Assembly (NCBI GenBank): GCA_050575255.1
Contig: JBNZDD010013732.1
Span: forward strand, 9,804,225 to 9,868,224
Length of the DNA stretch: 64,000 nucleotides
Direction: 5' to 3'
From: Harriotta raleighana
Lineage: Eukaryota
The translations under genes and the position numbers were made by a program. Positions 25,078-36,283 of this stretch are shown here, piece after piece. The first letter of the stretch is position 1. Each line of letters opens with the position of its first letter. The notes under the pieces were generated by a model. The model worked only from the letters and a program-made list of their open reading frames with translations, was not told the origin of the DNA and did no database searches.

Positions 25078-25398
25078 ATAATAATAATAATAATAATCCT
25101 TTCATTTGATATAGCGCTTTTCAAGTGTTCTAGTCGTCTCAAAGCCCTTCACAGAATATATTGTAAAGTGAATTGACTGTATATTTGTGGGTGTAATGTG
25201 GCAGCCAATTCCACATGGCAGCATTGTACGAACAGTCGTGAATTGAAATGACCAATTTATTATTGTGTTTTTTTTAAGAGGGATTATTATTAGGCATGTG
25301 GAGTAAGGAAACTTGCCCAAGGTTTCACCCTTCCTGGGATTGAACCCAGATCTCTCGCTAGCAAGGCAAGTACTCCAACCACTGAGCTGGAGGACTCC
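25078..25398 (-). mobile_element. Young SINE, short form, full length
   Basis: (AAT)n tail through to the ggactcc head. Confidence 0.9.
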
Positions 25399-27175
25399 AC
25401 AAATCGATTGATCAATGACTGATATATTGAAAAAAGAGCTCCATACCTGTGATCCCTCTAGATAAAAAAAACCTGAAAACCTGAATGCAAACTATCCCCC
25501 ACATTGCTTTAGGCATGATATTCATCCGTTTTATAACAGGAAGTGAAAACGTTATGGATTAGAGTTTTCTTGAAATTCTTTAAAATTTCGAGCAAAGTTG
25601 CACTTTAAATCTGTCAGATTTCTGGAATGTATCCATAGGAGGACCTCAAATCAATTTAAGATTCTTGATTCTGAGATGTGTTTACTCATGCATGACAGTT
25701 TTACCTGCTGAAAGCTCATTTGTCTCAGAATCTCTGCCCCTCCCTACCCCAGGCATTTTCACAAAGAAAAGTTCAATTAAGATAAAGTCTGAATAATTTT
25801 GCTTAAAGGGAAGTGCTTAATTGGCTACATATATTCTACTTTTTTGCCAATGTGCAATCAGATTTTTTTCCTTAAGATGTGGAAAAACAAATGTTAGCCT
25901 AAAAAATATACAGTCACCTCATTTTACACTGATTCATGTGAAATGTTTTTAAATGTCCTCCTGATGCAAAAGGTGCTGCATCAAATAACAACAAGAACAA
26001 CTTGGATTTATATAGTGCCCTCCACACCAGATGGTGTCTCAGAGCGCTTCACAATAGCGGAGCCTGAGGCTGATTCAGGGGGAGGGGGAAAGTGATCGCA
26101 GGCACAGTCGAACAAAAACATCTTCAGGCACAACCTGAAAATGGAATAAGGAATATACATTTATTGGAAGATCTATTTGATGATCATTCAAATTGACATC
26201 ATATTGATCAGGCTGTCAATTACCATAATTCATTGGCATGGGAAAGAATTCCAATTGTTGTCTAATTGTAAACATAAACTGCCTGAAACAATAACAGCTA
26301 TTTTCTTTGCACTGAAGCAATCAATTCCACAAACTCTTAAGTTTGTCATCATAAGAAAGTTATTTCACCATGGGCATAACTGGAACTGTCTACATACAGT
26401 ATATCTTATGCAGAGGTGGAGACGGGTAAGCTGTGTTCCACTGGTTAAATTCTGATTACATCAATTTGTATTATTATTTTAAAATATTGTCTTCCACTAC
26501 CACTTCTTAGTTACAAACACAAGATCTGCACTGCCAAACACTGGAACAATGTGATTGAAGCACTGTGACAGTAAAACTGAAAATAATGAAAATGCATAAT
26601 ATCCAAAAAGAATCAATCTAAATCATTTAGCAGATAGCTACGCCCAAGCATCCAGCGACACTTTGTTTTATAAAATTTCATTTATTGTACCCATTGCTCT
26701 CTACAGGATTTTGAATTAAAAAATCTTTTAGTGGAAATAATATTCTTCACAATACAAGTTGAGCATAAAAGTGCAAATGGGGATACAACATGTAAGAAAA
26801 CATGTTTCATTAACAAAAAGGAAATCTTGAGATTTTTTCACCTGGTTTGGAAGATCAAACAATTTTCGTAGGGTGCAACACCCAATGCCATTTTATTGTT
26901 GCAGCATGTGCAACAATAAAAATTCAACCATTAGAAATAAGGCAGCCTTCAGAGTATTGGTTTCAAGAAGGAGGAGGAGTGCTGCTTTATTTAATTATTT
27001 AATACGTGAAACGGGTCCCCCATTGAGATACCACCTGTCGAATAATTCAACTGCAAGAATGACTGGTCCCACAAACACAGAGAACTATAATCAAGTGGTT
27101 CGTGAAATTTCTGCTTTCTAGGCAGGAGATATGATAGTTTTTGTTCTCTCTGTAGCAGGTTGGATTTTTTCAAAG

Positions 27176-27304
27176 TTATTTTGGAATGGAAAGTTTCCAG
27201 AAGGTTTGGGCAACGTCCAAAAGTTCACGGTAATAGTTTTCCAAATCCGTAAAGTTTTTTTGAATGGGAGCCAACACCATGTGAAGCTTCAAGAAAGGTA
27301 TTTT
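27176..27304 (-). CDS. Probable last coding exon of an unidentified minus-strand gene (KIPFLKLHMVLAPIQKNFTDLENYYRELLDVAQTFWKLSIPK*)
   Basis: Acceptor ccctctttgttag|, phase 0, 42 codons plus TAA, protein-like amphipathic sequence; downstream AATAAA on the minus strand (e.g. 26681-26686). Confidence 0.6.
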   Translation of the reverse strand, partial: KIPFLKLHMVLAPIQKNFTDLENYYRELLDVAQTFWKLSIPK

Positions 27305-27584
27305 CTAACAAAGAGGGATCATAGCAAAAAATTGTTATGTTGAGCAGGATTTTTTTTGGCTAACAGCACAACTTATCAACAAAATGAACAGTTATCTAGC
27401 ACCTTTCACTTCGAGTGGCCATCTCAAAACACAGCCATCCAGAAGCCAAGGGAGGTGGGGGGAGGGGCAGGTTGAGGAGGAGGTTGTTGAGGGTTCCAGT
27501 GGTTGGATGGAGCAAAGCCGCAAAGTGAACACAAAGATGAAGATCTTGATTCCAATTCTTTGAGGGAAGGGAAGTGGGAAGGGA

Positions 27585-27865
27585 GCGGCTTTCAGCCGCT
27601 CAGCCCCCAGGCTCTGGAACTCCATCCCCCAGTGCCTTCGCCTCGCTTCCTCCCTTTCCTCTTTCAAGGCCGGTCTCAAGACCTTTCTCTTCGACCGTGC
27701 CTTCAACTCCCCTCTCGAGTCTCTACCCCCTCCTTGCTCCCACCCTTCCCCCCCCTCGCCCTGAACATTTTCCCTTGCTCGGGTCCTGAACCAATCTGTC
27801 CAGCACCTTGGGACGTCCTCCTGACGTGAAACGCGTTCTATAAGTGTANTTTTGTTGTTGTCGTT
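27585..27865 (+). mobile_element. Young L2 3' end
   Basis: Close reverse-complement match to 21060-21300 (ggctttcagccgctcagcccc...ttgggacgtcctcctgacgtgaaacgc). Confidence 0.9.
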
Positions 27866-27904
27866 GTTGAAGTGTCCTCTCTTGCACCGAGCCCCATAAA
27901 GACA

Positions 27905-28372
27905 TTGACACGCTTTTCATGTTTTTTAGATGTCTCAAACAACTTCACATAATATACTATAAAGAGAACTGACTATATTTGCAGATGAATTGCAGCAGCC
28001 AATTGCACACAGCAGTGTCCCACAAACAGTCGTGGATTGAAGTGACCAATTTATTATCGCTTTTTTTCTCTTGAGCGATTATTATCAGGCATGAGAAGTA
28101 AGAAAATTTACACAAGGTTTCACCCTGCCAGAATTCAAACCCAGGTCTTTCACTTGTCAGGTAANTTCTCTCAGTGAAACTCAGGTTTCACCCTGCCAGA
28201 ATTCAAACCCAGGTCTTTCACTTGTCAGGTAANCTTTTTTTCTCTTGAGCGATTATTATCAGGCATGAGAAGTAAGAAAATTTACTTCTCTCAGTGAAAC
28301 TCAGGTTTCACCCTGCCAGAATTCAAACCCAGGTCTTTCACTTGTCAGGTAAGTGCTCTAATCACTGAACTA
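27905..28372 (-). mobile_element. SINE with artefactual internal duplications at Ns
   Basis: Family match; repeated blocks around n28165 and n28233. Confidence 0.8.
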
Positions 28373-29490
28373 CCGTTTATACCCCTAATTTTAGCTTGAA
28401 GGGGTATGGGGCAGTAAGACCGATTATACAACTTGTTCTGAAAGCTGGTGAAGACTCAATGGGCTGAATTGTCTCCTTCTGCTCTGTAAATTTTTATTCT
28501 ATAAACAAGAGTCCACTAAAAAGTTTGGAGAAACTTACTCTATCATTTAAACACAGCTTTCCATGTTGTATAAACAACCTTCACGGACGACTGACACAAT
28601 CATCTTGCAAATTGCAAATTGAAAGCACGTGTTTGTTGCCAGCACAACTCGACATTATTGTGACTAATTAAACTTTGTGCCACATTCACAAGCTTTTGGA
28701 TCTGATTGTCTTGGTGTTAAATAAAATCATTCCTATTTGTACCCTTTTCCATTTAAACATGCTCCTTAAATTGTATTTAAGCTAACTTGATATAACTGAC
28801 AATGGAATCGCTTTAATGATGAAAAATGACCCAGAAAATAAAAGAAAATGACCAGTTACAGATATGGAGCAATTGCCATGCATTACCATTACATTTTATG
28901 TTAGTTCAGTTGAGATTGAGTGTTTATTTAGATTAATACACTATCTTACATTATGTCAAGCTGTCACAATGCCTACTACTGTACAAACGCCCATTTACAC
29001 AGCATCTTTACATTTATACGCTCATTGCTTGGCTTATTTTGCCAAGAATAGGTTTACTTCTATTGATGTCCTTTCCAAGGTGGAGCATATCTAATGTCAA
29101 AAGTGCTCCGCCACTGTCAAGGACTATGAGACACTATCCTGCGTGAGGGTTGCTATACAAATGCAAGTGTTGTTGATGTTCGATATCTGGGTATTAATGT
29201 TTGCTGTGTCACCATTCTGCTCTTTTGACATGTCTTTCAATCCAAGATGGCATTTATAAAACCCCGTTAATACCAGTACCATTGAGAAATTGAAGTGCAA
29301 AGGAGAGGAAAACAAATTTCTTCTCCAGTTTGCAATATTTTTAGTAAATATTAGTAAAATAATATTTTTTTTAGTAAATTTTAATAAAACAGTCATAATC
29401 CTTTTGTGACACAGTGCAATATGGCTCAATGGACAAAAGCACAGTAATCACTATACCACAGCCATCCTAACCGGACCATTTTCCATCCTA

Positions 29491-30222
29491 AATAATAATA
29501 ATAATCCTTCCATTTGATATACAGTAAAACCCTGTTTATCTGTCACCCATGGGATCTGGCCAGTGGCAGTTAAATGCTTTTCCGGTTGAACGGTTTATTA
29601 AAAATATTTTTTTTAATTTTTTTTTAAAAATTAAGATTTTAACACAGCATATTAATAATAGACTAAATAAACAAAATATTGTATTGGTGCTTTATTATTT
29701 ATATTTAACTTCACAATGGCAGCTCTCACCCGATGGAGGTAAAAAAAACACGTGACTTTTAAAAGGAGCAGGATCGAGTTTAGACCCGACTAGCGGCCAG
29801 CCGCGAGTACCTGCACCAGTACTCGTGTGCGATAGTCGATTCATTAAACGTGTCATTATTATTTGCCAGATAACTTTCAGTTCATCGAATCAGGACTTTT
29901 TTTTTGAGATGGCGGTTGAACGGGTTTTCCGATACATCGAGTCACAGGTAAACGAGATTTTACTGTAGTGCTTTTCATGTCTTTGAGACTTCTCAAAGCA
30001 CTTCATGGAATATACTGTAAAGTGAATTGACTGTATATTTGTTGCTGAAACGCTGCAGCCAATTGTGAGCAGCAGTGTCCCACAAACAGTCGTGGGTTGA
30101 AACGACCAATTCATCATTGTTTTTTTGGGGGAATATTATCAGGCTTGTGGAGTAAGGAAACCTGCCCAAGGTTTCGCCTTGAACAGAAATCAAACCCAGG
30201 TTTCTCGCTTGAAAGGCGAGTG
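29491..30222 (-). mobile_element. Young SINE split by a DNA transposon
   Basis: Tail at 29491-29521 resumes at 29966 and continues to the head. Confidence 0.85.
29522..29965. mobile_element. Non-autonomous Tc1/mariner (pogo/Tigger-like) DNA transposon, 444 bp
   Basis: TIRs CAGTAAAACCCTGTTTATC / GGTAAACGAGATTTTACTG; TA duplication at 29520-21 and 29966-67. Confidence 0.9.
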
Positions 30223-30971
30223 TTGAATTTACAATTCTCGGACAGAGTAACAATTAGTACACAACATTTTAATTGATCTCCGTGCTCGTTTTTTTCTCAG
30301 AGTGGTGGAGGAGGAGTCAGCAGCCATCTATTTCAAACATTCTGTGCTGGCAAGTCTGTTCGTGCAAATGTCTGCTGAGGATCAGGTTCGGCTATAATAC
30401 AATCAAGGTCAAATAGTCTGTCAATACTGTATGACATACTGCCAATGCTTACTGAATTGAATACTGAATTAATGAACAGCAACTTGAGCAAAACAGTGGA
30501 GGATAATAATAATAATCTGTACACTTGATATGGACCATTTTATGCAAATGCCTTATGAGTTCAAAGCCCTAATATGAAGCTTGAACCCACAGCATTCTGA
30601 TTTGGAGGTGAGAGTGTTATCAACTGAGCAAAAGCAACAGCTAACCAGTAGCTTTAGAACCCAGTAGAATAAAAAGTAGCGCAGATGCAAAATCAATTGG
30701 GATTTTCAAAGGGGAGAGAAACACTTGGGAAGGAAAAGTATTGAGCTATAAGGTGAAGAGGTGGGAAAATGGATTAAATGTCTGCTATGGTTCTAAACAA
30801 AATAGCGAACAGGCTCCTATTCTAGAGTCAAATTTCTAAAGGAAAGGGAAGGAAACTGTAGGAGGAAAAATTGGCAATAAAAACAAGCAGTAGGATATGT
30901 TCCAAACATATATCTTAGACAGTTATTGTGCTATTTAGGAGGTTTGAAAAATGCCAGGCTTAATGACAAAT

Positions 30972-31230
30972 GTGTCAGCTTGGCTTAGTTGACAGCACTC
31001 TTGCTTTGAGGTTTGAAGTCTGCGAATTCAAGCCGTATGTCGGCACATGAGCTCCCAATCAAAGTTGACACATCACGCCTGTACTGGAGAAGGTTTGAAT
31101 GAATTGCAGAACGAATTCTACTCTTTCAGAAACACACTAAAGATGGCATAACACTATTTGAAAGTGAATGGAGTTTCTCTTGTCAAGGCCAACAATCCTC
31201 TAGATGAGTAGCTCATTAACTCCATGGCTG
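30972..31230 (+). mobile_element. Old Deu-domain SINE (SacSINE1-like), degenerate
   Basis: tcagcttggcttagttgacagcactcttgctttgag head; ggcataacactatttgaa core. Confidence 0.55.
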
Positions 31231-31454
31231 TGAGCATTGATATTTTTTCTGATTTTCTAAGCCACATTGATTTGTTTCCTCAAAATATTGTATCCCTCCT
31301 TTCTAAAGATGATGGATGGATCCGTGGCAAGAAGATGATTTACCTATGATTCTAGAGAGTCTCAGACGCTTATACAAATAAATACAAAAACAGGAATTCA
31401 ATCTGGGAAGTTCTGGCTCTATAAAAATCAAATATCAAACTATAACATGATATT

Positions 31455-32400
31455 TTACTTTTTATTTGAAAATATATATTTTTCACGTCTTCACGTACAT
31501 TCCCTTTAAAACAGCCGGGAATTACCCGTGTGCACCACAACCATGTGTGCAACCGTGTACACCCTGAGAAGCTTACCCACCACTTTCAGAAGATGCCCTT
31601 ATGTGTACTGTATATACAAGTCTATTTTACATACATTTATGGACACTCTTTGGTTACATGATGAGGGTTCTTCTGTACTTTTACTACTTTTTCTTTAACA
31701 ACCGTCTGGGGATCACTTGTGGGCTACCCAGTCGGTGCGCGTTGAGCGATTTGAACAGGATATTCTCTTGCCATGTTTGATCCAAATTTTAGCTTGTCCC
31801 TCAATTCATATTCCCTGATCCTAGCTTGACCGGGCCTGAAACATGTTCTTGCCGTCCCCTCATTCTGCCAGATGAGCACCTGGTTTCGGGGATGCCAAAG
31901 GGCTTCCTTAACAGAGTTTATGATCCTCCAGGTTTCACTGGATGTGGGTTTCACTGTGACTGCCCAGGAATTGGGAGGCCATACAGCACCAAGTGCCATG
32001 ACAACGGTTCCCCAGGGACGAATCTCTAGAGTATCCACTCCATCTTTTCCAAACTGCCTTTGGAAAACTACACCCCAGGAAGAGTTGGTCCACAGTTTCT
32101 TCCCCTCTGCAATCAGCCAGAGGGCAGCAAGCTGACTGGCCAAGATCTTGACTGTACATGAACACCCTGAAGGAGAGGGTGCCTTTAATCACCAGCCAGG
32201 CCATGTCCTGATGTTTGTTGGTCAGGAGTGGTGACGAAGTGTTACACCAGGCATAGCTGGCCATTGCCCTAGGGAACCTCCCAATTGGGTCTGCCCTCTC
32301 CCACTTTTGAACCATTTCGACTAACAGTCGCGCGGACCACTTGGTGATTGCATAAACTCGGTTAAGGAAGCCCTTTGGTGTTTTTCAAGAAACTATATTT
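31455..32400 (-). mobile_element. Tx1/L1-clade LINE ORF2 3' fragment with zf-RVT-like zinc knuckle
   Basis: LTNKHQDMAWLVIKGTL...CPLADCRGEETVDQLFLGCSFPKAVW and WRIINSVKEALW, frameshifted; boundaries approximate. Confidence 0.8.
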
Positions 32401-32708
32401 GGGTCAGGTGTTTCGGCACACTCCAACTGTGTAGAACAACATGTTTTTTTTGCTGTGAAGTCACACGTATTATGCTCTCATGTCAACTAAACAAAGTGGG
32501 GTCAGACATAATGGCTATACTTATTCATACCTCTCTTCAGATCTCATGAATATTATAGATTATCGATTACAAAAACTTGTTAATTAGATCTAGAAAGATA
32601 CTTTCTATGAACAATATAGCTTTAACATGGAATAAATGCCTCCAGTATGTAGCAACATTGCAGCATTCAATTTATCAATAATTTGCACCTTGATGAAGTG
32701 ATGTTTAC

Positions 32709-32792
32709 CCATTCCTCTCCTCCAATACAGGCTTGAGTATGCATAATGTTTAGGGAGTAAACGTGAGACAAGTGCATATCATCTTCATTACA
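32709..32792 (-). CDS. Candidate internal exon (CNEDDMHLSHVYSLNIMHTQACIGGEEW)
   Basis: tgttgtcag| acceptor, TGG|GTAAAC donor, 84 nt, only phase 0 open, joins the 27304 exon in frame. Confidence 0.5.
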
Positions 32793-34509
32793 CTGACAAC
32801 ACATATAAACATGGTGAGGTGTTTCTACCAAATGTTTTGCTTTGTTTGTGTGTTCCATCCACATTTCATCCAATGTTTTGCCCTCTCGTTCTCCTTTCCT
32901 AAGGGTCATGTTCCCTTTGCTATTAATGTGGTATGATTTCACTAGTTGGAAGTCAATTTTCAATGAATCCAGGAACATAGATTAATTCTGGATTAATTGG
33001 GAATGATTGTGCTTTGACTTTTGCATTTGCTTTTGACAGTAATCTTTCTCAGGTACAGATTATGAAATCTTGCTTAAGTCACTATTCATCCATAGGAGTT
33101 AGCTGATCAACAACAAAAACTACTTGCAATTATATAGCACCCTTCATGGTGGGGGCAGCATCTCGGAATGATCAGACAGGACATAAGAAAGAATGCCAAA
33201 CTAGTGCTTCAGTGACCCCTTATGTTGGGTGTGGGGGGGTCGAAAATCATCCCCTTACAATCAAAAAAGTATATGTATGTTTGCGGATTTCATGTGAAGA
33301 TCTCCCATTTGGTCACATATCAACTAAGAGGTTAGCTGATACTAACTGCCTCAGCTCAGCCATCAAGATTGGCCATTTAGGCCTGGTAACATTGCCTGCA
33401 ACACCCAACCTCAGAGAAGATTAAGAGGTAGAAACTGGTGAAGGAAAATGCTTGTTCTTGTTTAACGCAGCTGAAAGCCTGAGTTAGTAAAAGGTCAGGG
33501 TGACAGACAACAGCGGGGTGGGAGGGACGACAGTGTGATAGATCAGTCTGCATGGAATCAGCCACTGATTTTCTTGGCCCAAGCAATAAAACTTTAACAC
33601 TCAACAACTTTGTGAGGTGGAGGTAAGGGAAAGAGAAGGTTAAACACTTGACTGCTCACTTCCTTCTACATTTATTACCTTCATAAATTCTTTTTAAAGC
33701 ATTCATTACTTATGCGTCAGCATACATTTTCTCTCCCTAAAGGACTACTTCAAGTTTCATGGATTTCCCTTCACATGCATTAGATTTACAATGTGCACTT
33801 TATTCAGAGACGAGTTAGTGAAGAGATGTGTGTTTCTCAAAATGAATTTCACAAATGTCTGGTGCAAGTAATATATTTGGAATTTTGCATCATGTACATT
33901 ATGTTATCTAAAAGCTGTAGAGTGATATTATGGCTACTGTGATTTCTCACATTACCAGTTACTTATTTTAGCAATACCATCAGAAGAGATAACAATTGGC
34001 ACAAATGTTTTCCTCCAAAAGTGGGAAGGTAAAAAGGGAGAGAGTTACTGCAGATTGCTCTTGTACACTTAACTCATGGAAATCTTGACATGTATTTGCA
34101 AAGTTGAAGAACTATCTGATTTTCAGCTCTTTTAATGAAAGGAGTGAATCACACAGATTTTTCTTCTGATATATTTGGCGACTGCATACTATATTTATTA
34201 TTTGCTATTTATATTTTTCAACACACGTGGGTTACTGTTTCCACCATTTCTGCCACTGATTAATTATTAAAATAAGTTTTTAAAAAAACAGAACAGTACC
34301 AGCAATAATTGGACTAGGAACAAACAATAGCAGAACTCATCCAGATTTGAACACATCGAAAGTGAATGTTTTAATGTTTTTTTCCAATAGAAAGCACAGA
34401 CAATAGAACATTATCAGTGACATTGCATCAACACATTTATTTTGCTCATGAGAAGGGTTTAATAATTCATTTGTGTCTCTGATACAAGAGTTATGGATAC
34501 TGGTGTCAG

Positions 34510-34770
34510 ATGTCAGCCTGGTCCACAAGATAACACTCCCAAGTCAGAAAGTTCAAGCACCACATCAAAACTGAGTTCAGTTTATCCAGATATTCTAATG
34601 CGCCTCAGGGAAGCCCTGCCATGGATGCTGTCATTCAGATGAGATGTTGAAATGAGGTGCCTTCCTGGGCACCATGTTGAATATCGGCATCATGTCCCAC
34701 TCAATTGTCTTTTCGAAGACTGAAGAGCTTCAGAGTTTCCTGAGCTTGCCTAACTGCTGGTCCTAACTCA
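34510..34770 (+). mobile_element. Old Deu-domain SINE fragment
   Basis: gatgctgtcattcagatgagatgttgaaatgagg core. Confidence 0.55.
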
Positions 34771-34777
34771 TTTCGCC

Positions 34778-35285
34778 AACAACAACAACAAAATTACATT
34801 ATAGTGCGCCTTTCACATCGGGAGGATGTCCCAAGGCACTGAACAGTCAGGGGTCAGGACCCGAGCATGGGGGAAGGGAGGGAGAGAGCTGGGAAGATGG
34901 CAGAAGGCACAACCAAAAAGGATAGTCTTGAGACCCGCCTTGAGGGAGGCAAGGGATGAAACAAAGCAAAGGGAATGTGGGATGGAGTTCCAGAGTGTGG
35001 GGGCATAGTGGCTGACAGCCACCGATTGTAGGGCAGATCGGGTGAGAGATATGGAGCAGACTGGAGTCCACTTAACGGAAGGGCGGGCAGGTTGATAGGG
35101 AGTCAGCAGGTCAGAGAGATTGGAAGGGGCAAGGCCATGAATGGCCTTGAAAGTGAGGACAAGAATCTTGAATTCGATTTTCTGGGGGATTGGGAGCTAA
35201 TGGAGCGAGGCGAGGGTGGGAGTGATGTGGTCATGAAGCTTAGTGCGGGAAAGAACACAAGCTGCAGAGTTCTGGATGATCTCCA
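34778..35285 (-). mobile_element. L2 LINE 3' fragment
   Basis: Similar to the 21-kb copy; APTLWNSIPHSL; (CAA)n tail. Confidence 0.9.
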
Positions 35286-35719
35286 ACATTGGAGATTATC
35301 CTCTTTGCTATCCTTCGTTTTGTCTCTGGGCAATCCCTTATCTTACTTGGAGCAGAACTGTATACAATACTCTAGAGGAGCATCGCAAAGCACGTATTGT
35401 CTCGGGATCTAAATTCAACTGATTTAGAAATTATAACCAGCTTCTCATTTATATCATTGCTCCTTCACTCCATTTTGACATTGTAAACAAGTCAAGTAAC
35501 ACCGCTCGATAGCTTGCAGATTCAACCTTAGAATGTTCCATCCTATCCATACATTTCCTATGTGTTTTACCTTGAATTTATCTGAATTAAATTTCATGTA
35601 CACTGATCAGCCCATGTGCACACTCTATCAAGCTCTCTTTGTGGGACATTTCCCTCTTCCTATTATTTCACAGTGAACTCTCAACTTGGTATAACTTTAA
35701 CTCTGATAAAATAAAATGA

Positions 35720-35815
35720 TCCCAGCTCGGGTCTAAAACAATGACTTCCCAAGTGCCTTGGGACGTCTGCCTGACGTGAAAGGCGCCATACAACGGTAAT
35801 TTTGTTGTTGTTGAT
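35720..35815 (+). mobile_element. L2 3' tail
   Basis: gtgccttgggacgtctgcctgacgtgaaaggcgcc...ttgttgttgttg. Confidence 0.75.
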
Positions 35816-35873
35816 ACTGGGTCTATAAATCCAGATCAATATGATAATAATAAATAATAATAATACTTGTGTG

Positions 35874-35992
35874 CAGTCCCGTAGCTTTGTGGTTAGAGCA
35901 CTCATCTCACAAATGAGATGACCTGGGTTTGATTCCCAGACAGGGCAGAAATTGGGCAAGTTTCCTTATTTCACAAGCCTCTTTTTACCTAG
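35874..35992 (+). mobile_element. SINE 5' half, long form
   Basis: gtcccgtagctttgtggttagagcactc...gggcaagtttcctta...gcctctttttacctagc. Confidence 0.8.
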
Positions 35993-36061
35993 CTTAATTC
36001 GTCACTATCACTCAAGTTGTGGTGCCATCAATATCCTGGCTATTTCACATGCAAAATATTA

Positions 36062-36283
36062 ATAAAGGACTTAGTTATACTTGTCAGTCTGCTTAACATA
36101 CAACATTTTGCATTCTAGAAATTCTTATAAGAACTTACAATATAAAATTCATCACATAACTTGTCCTAGACATCATGCATCGCACTGGCCTCTCCACCTT
36201 TTCTGTGTCTGGTGTGGGTGCTCGGTGCTGTACAGATACATCCAGACTTCTCGGCAGTTTACAAGTATAACTAAGTCCTTTAT
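36062..36283. repeat. Perfect 23-bp inverted repeat pair (36062-36084 / 36261-36283)
   Basis: ataaaggacttagttatacttgt versus acaagtataactaagtcctttat. Confidence 0.9.
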
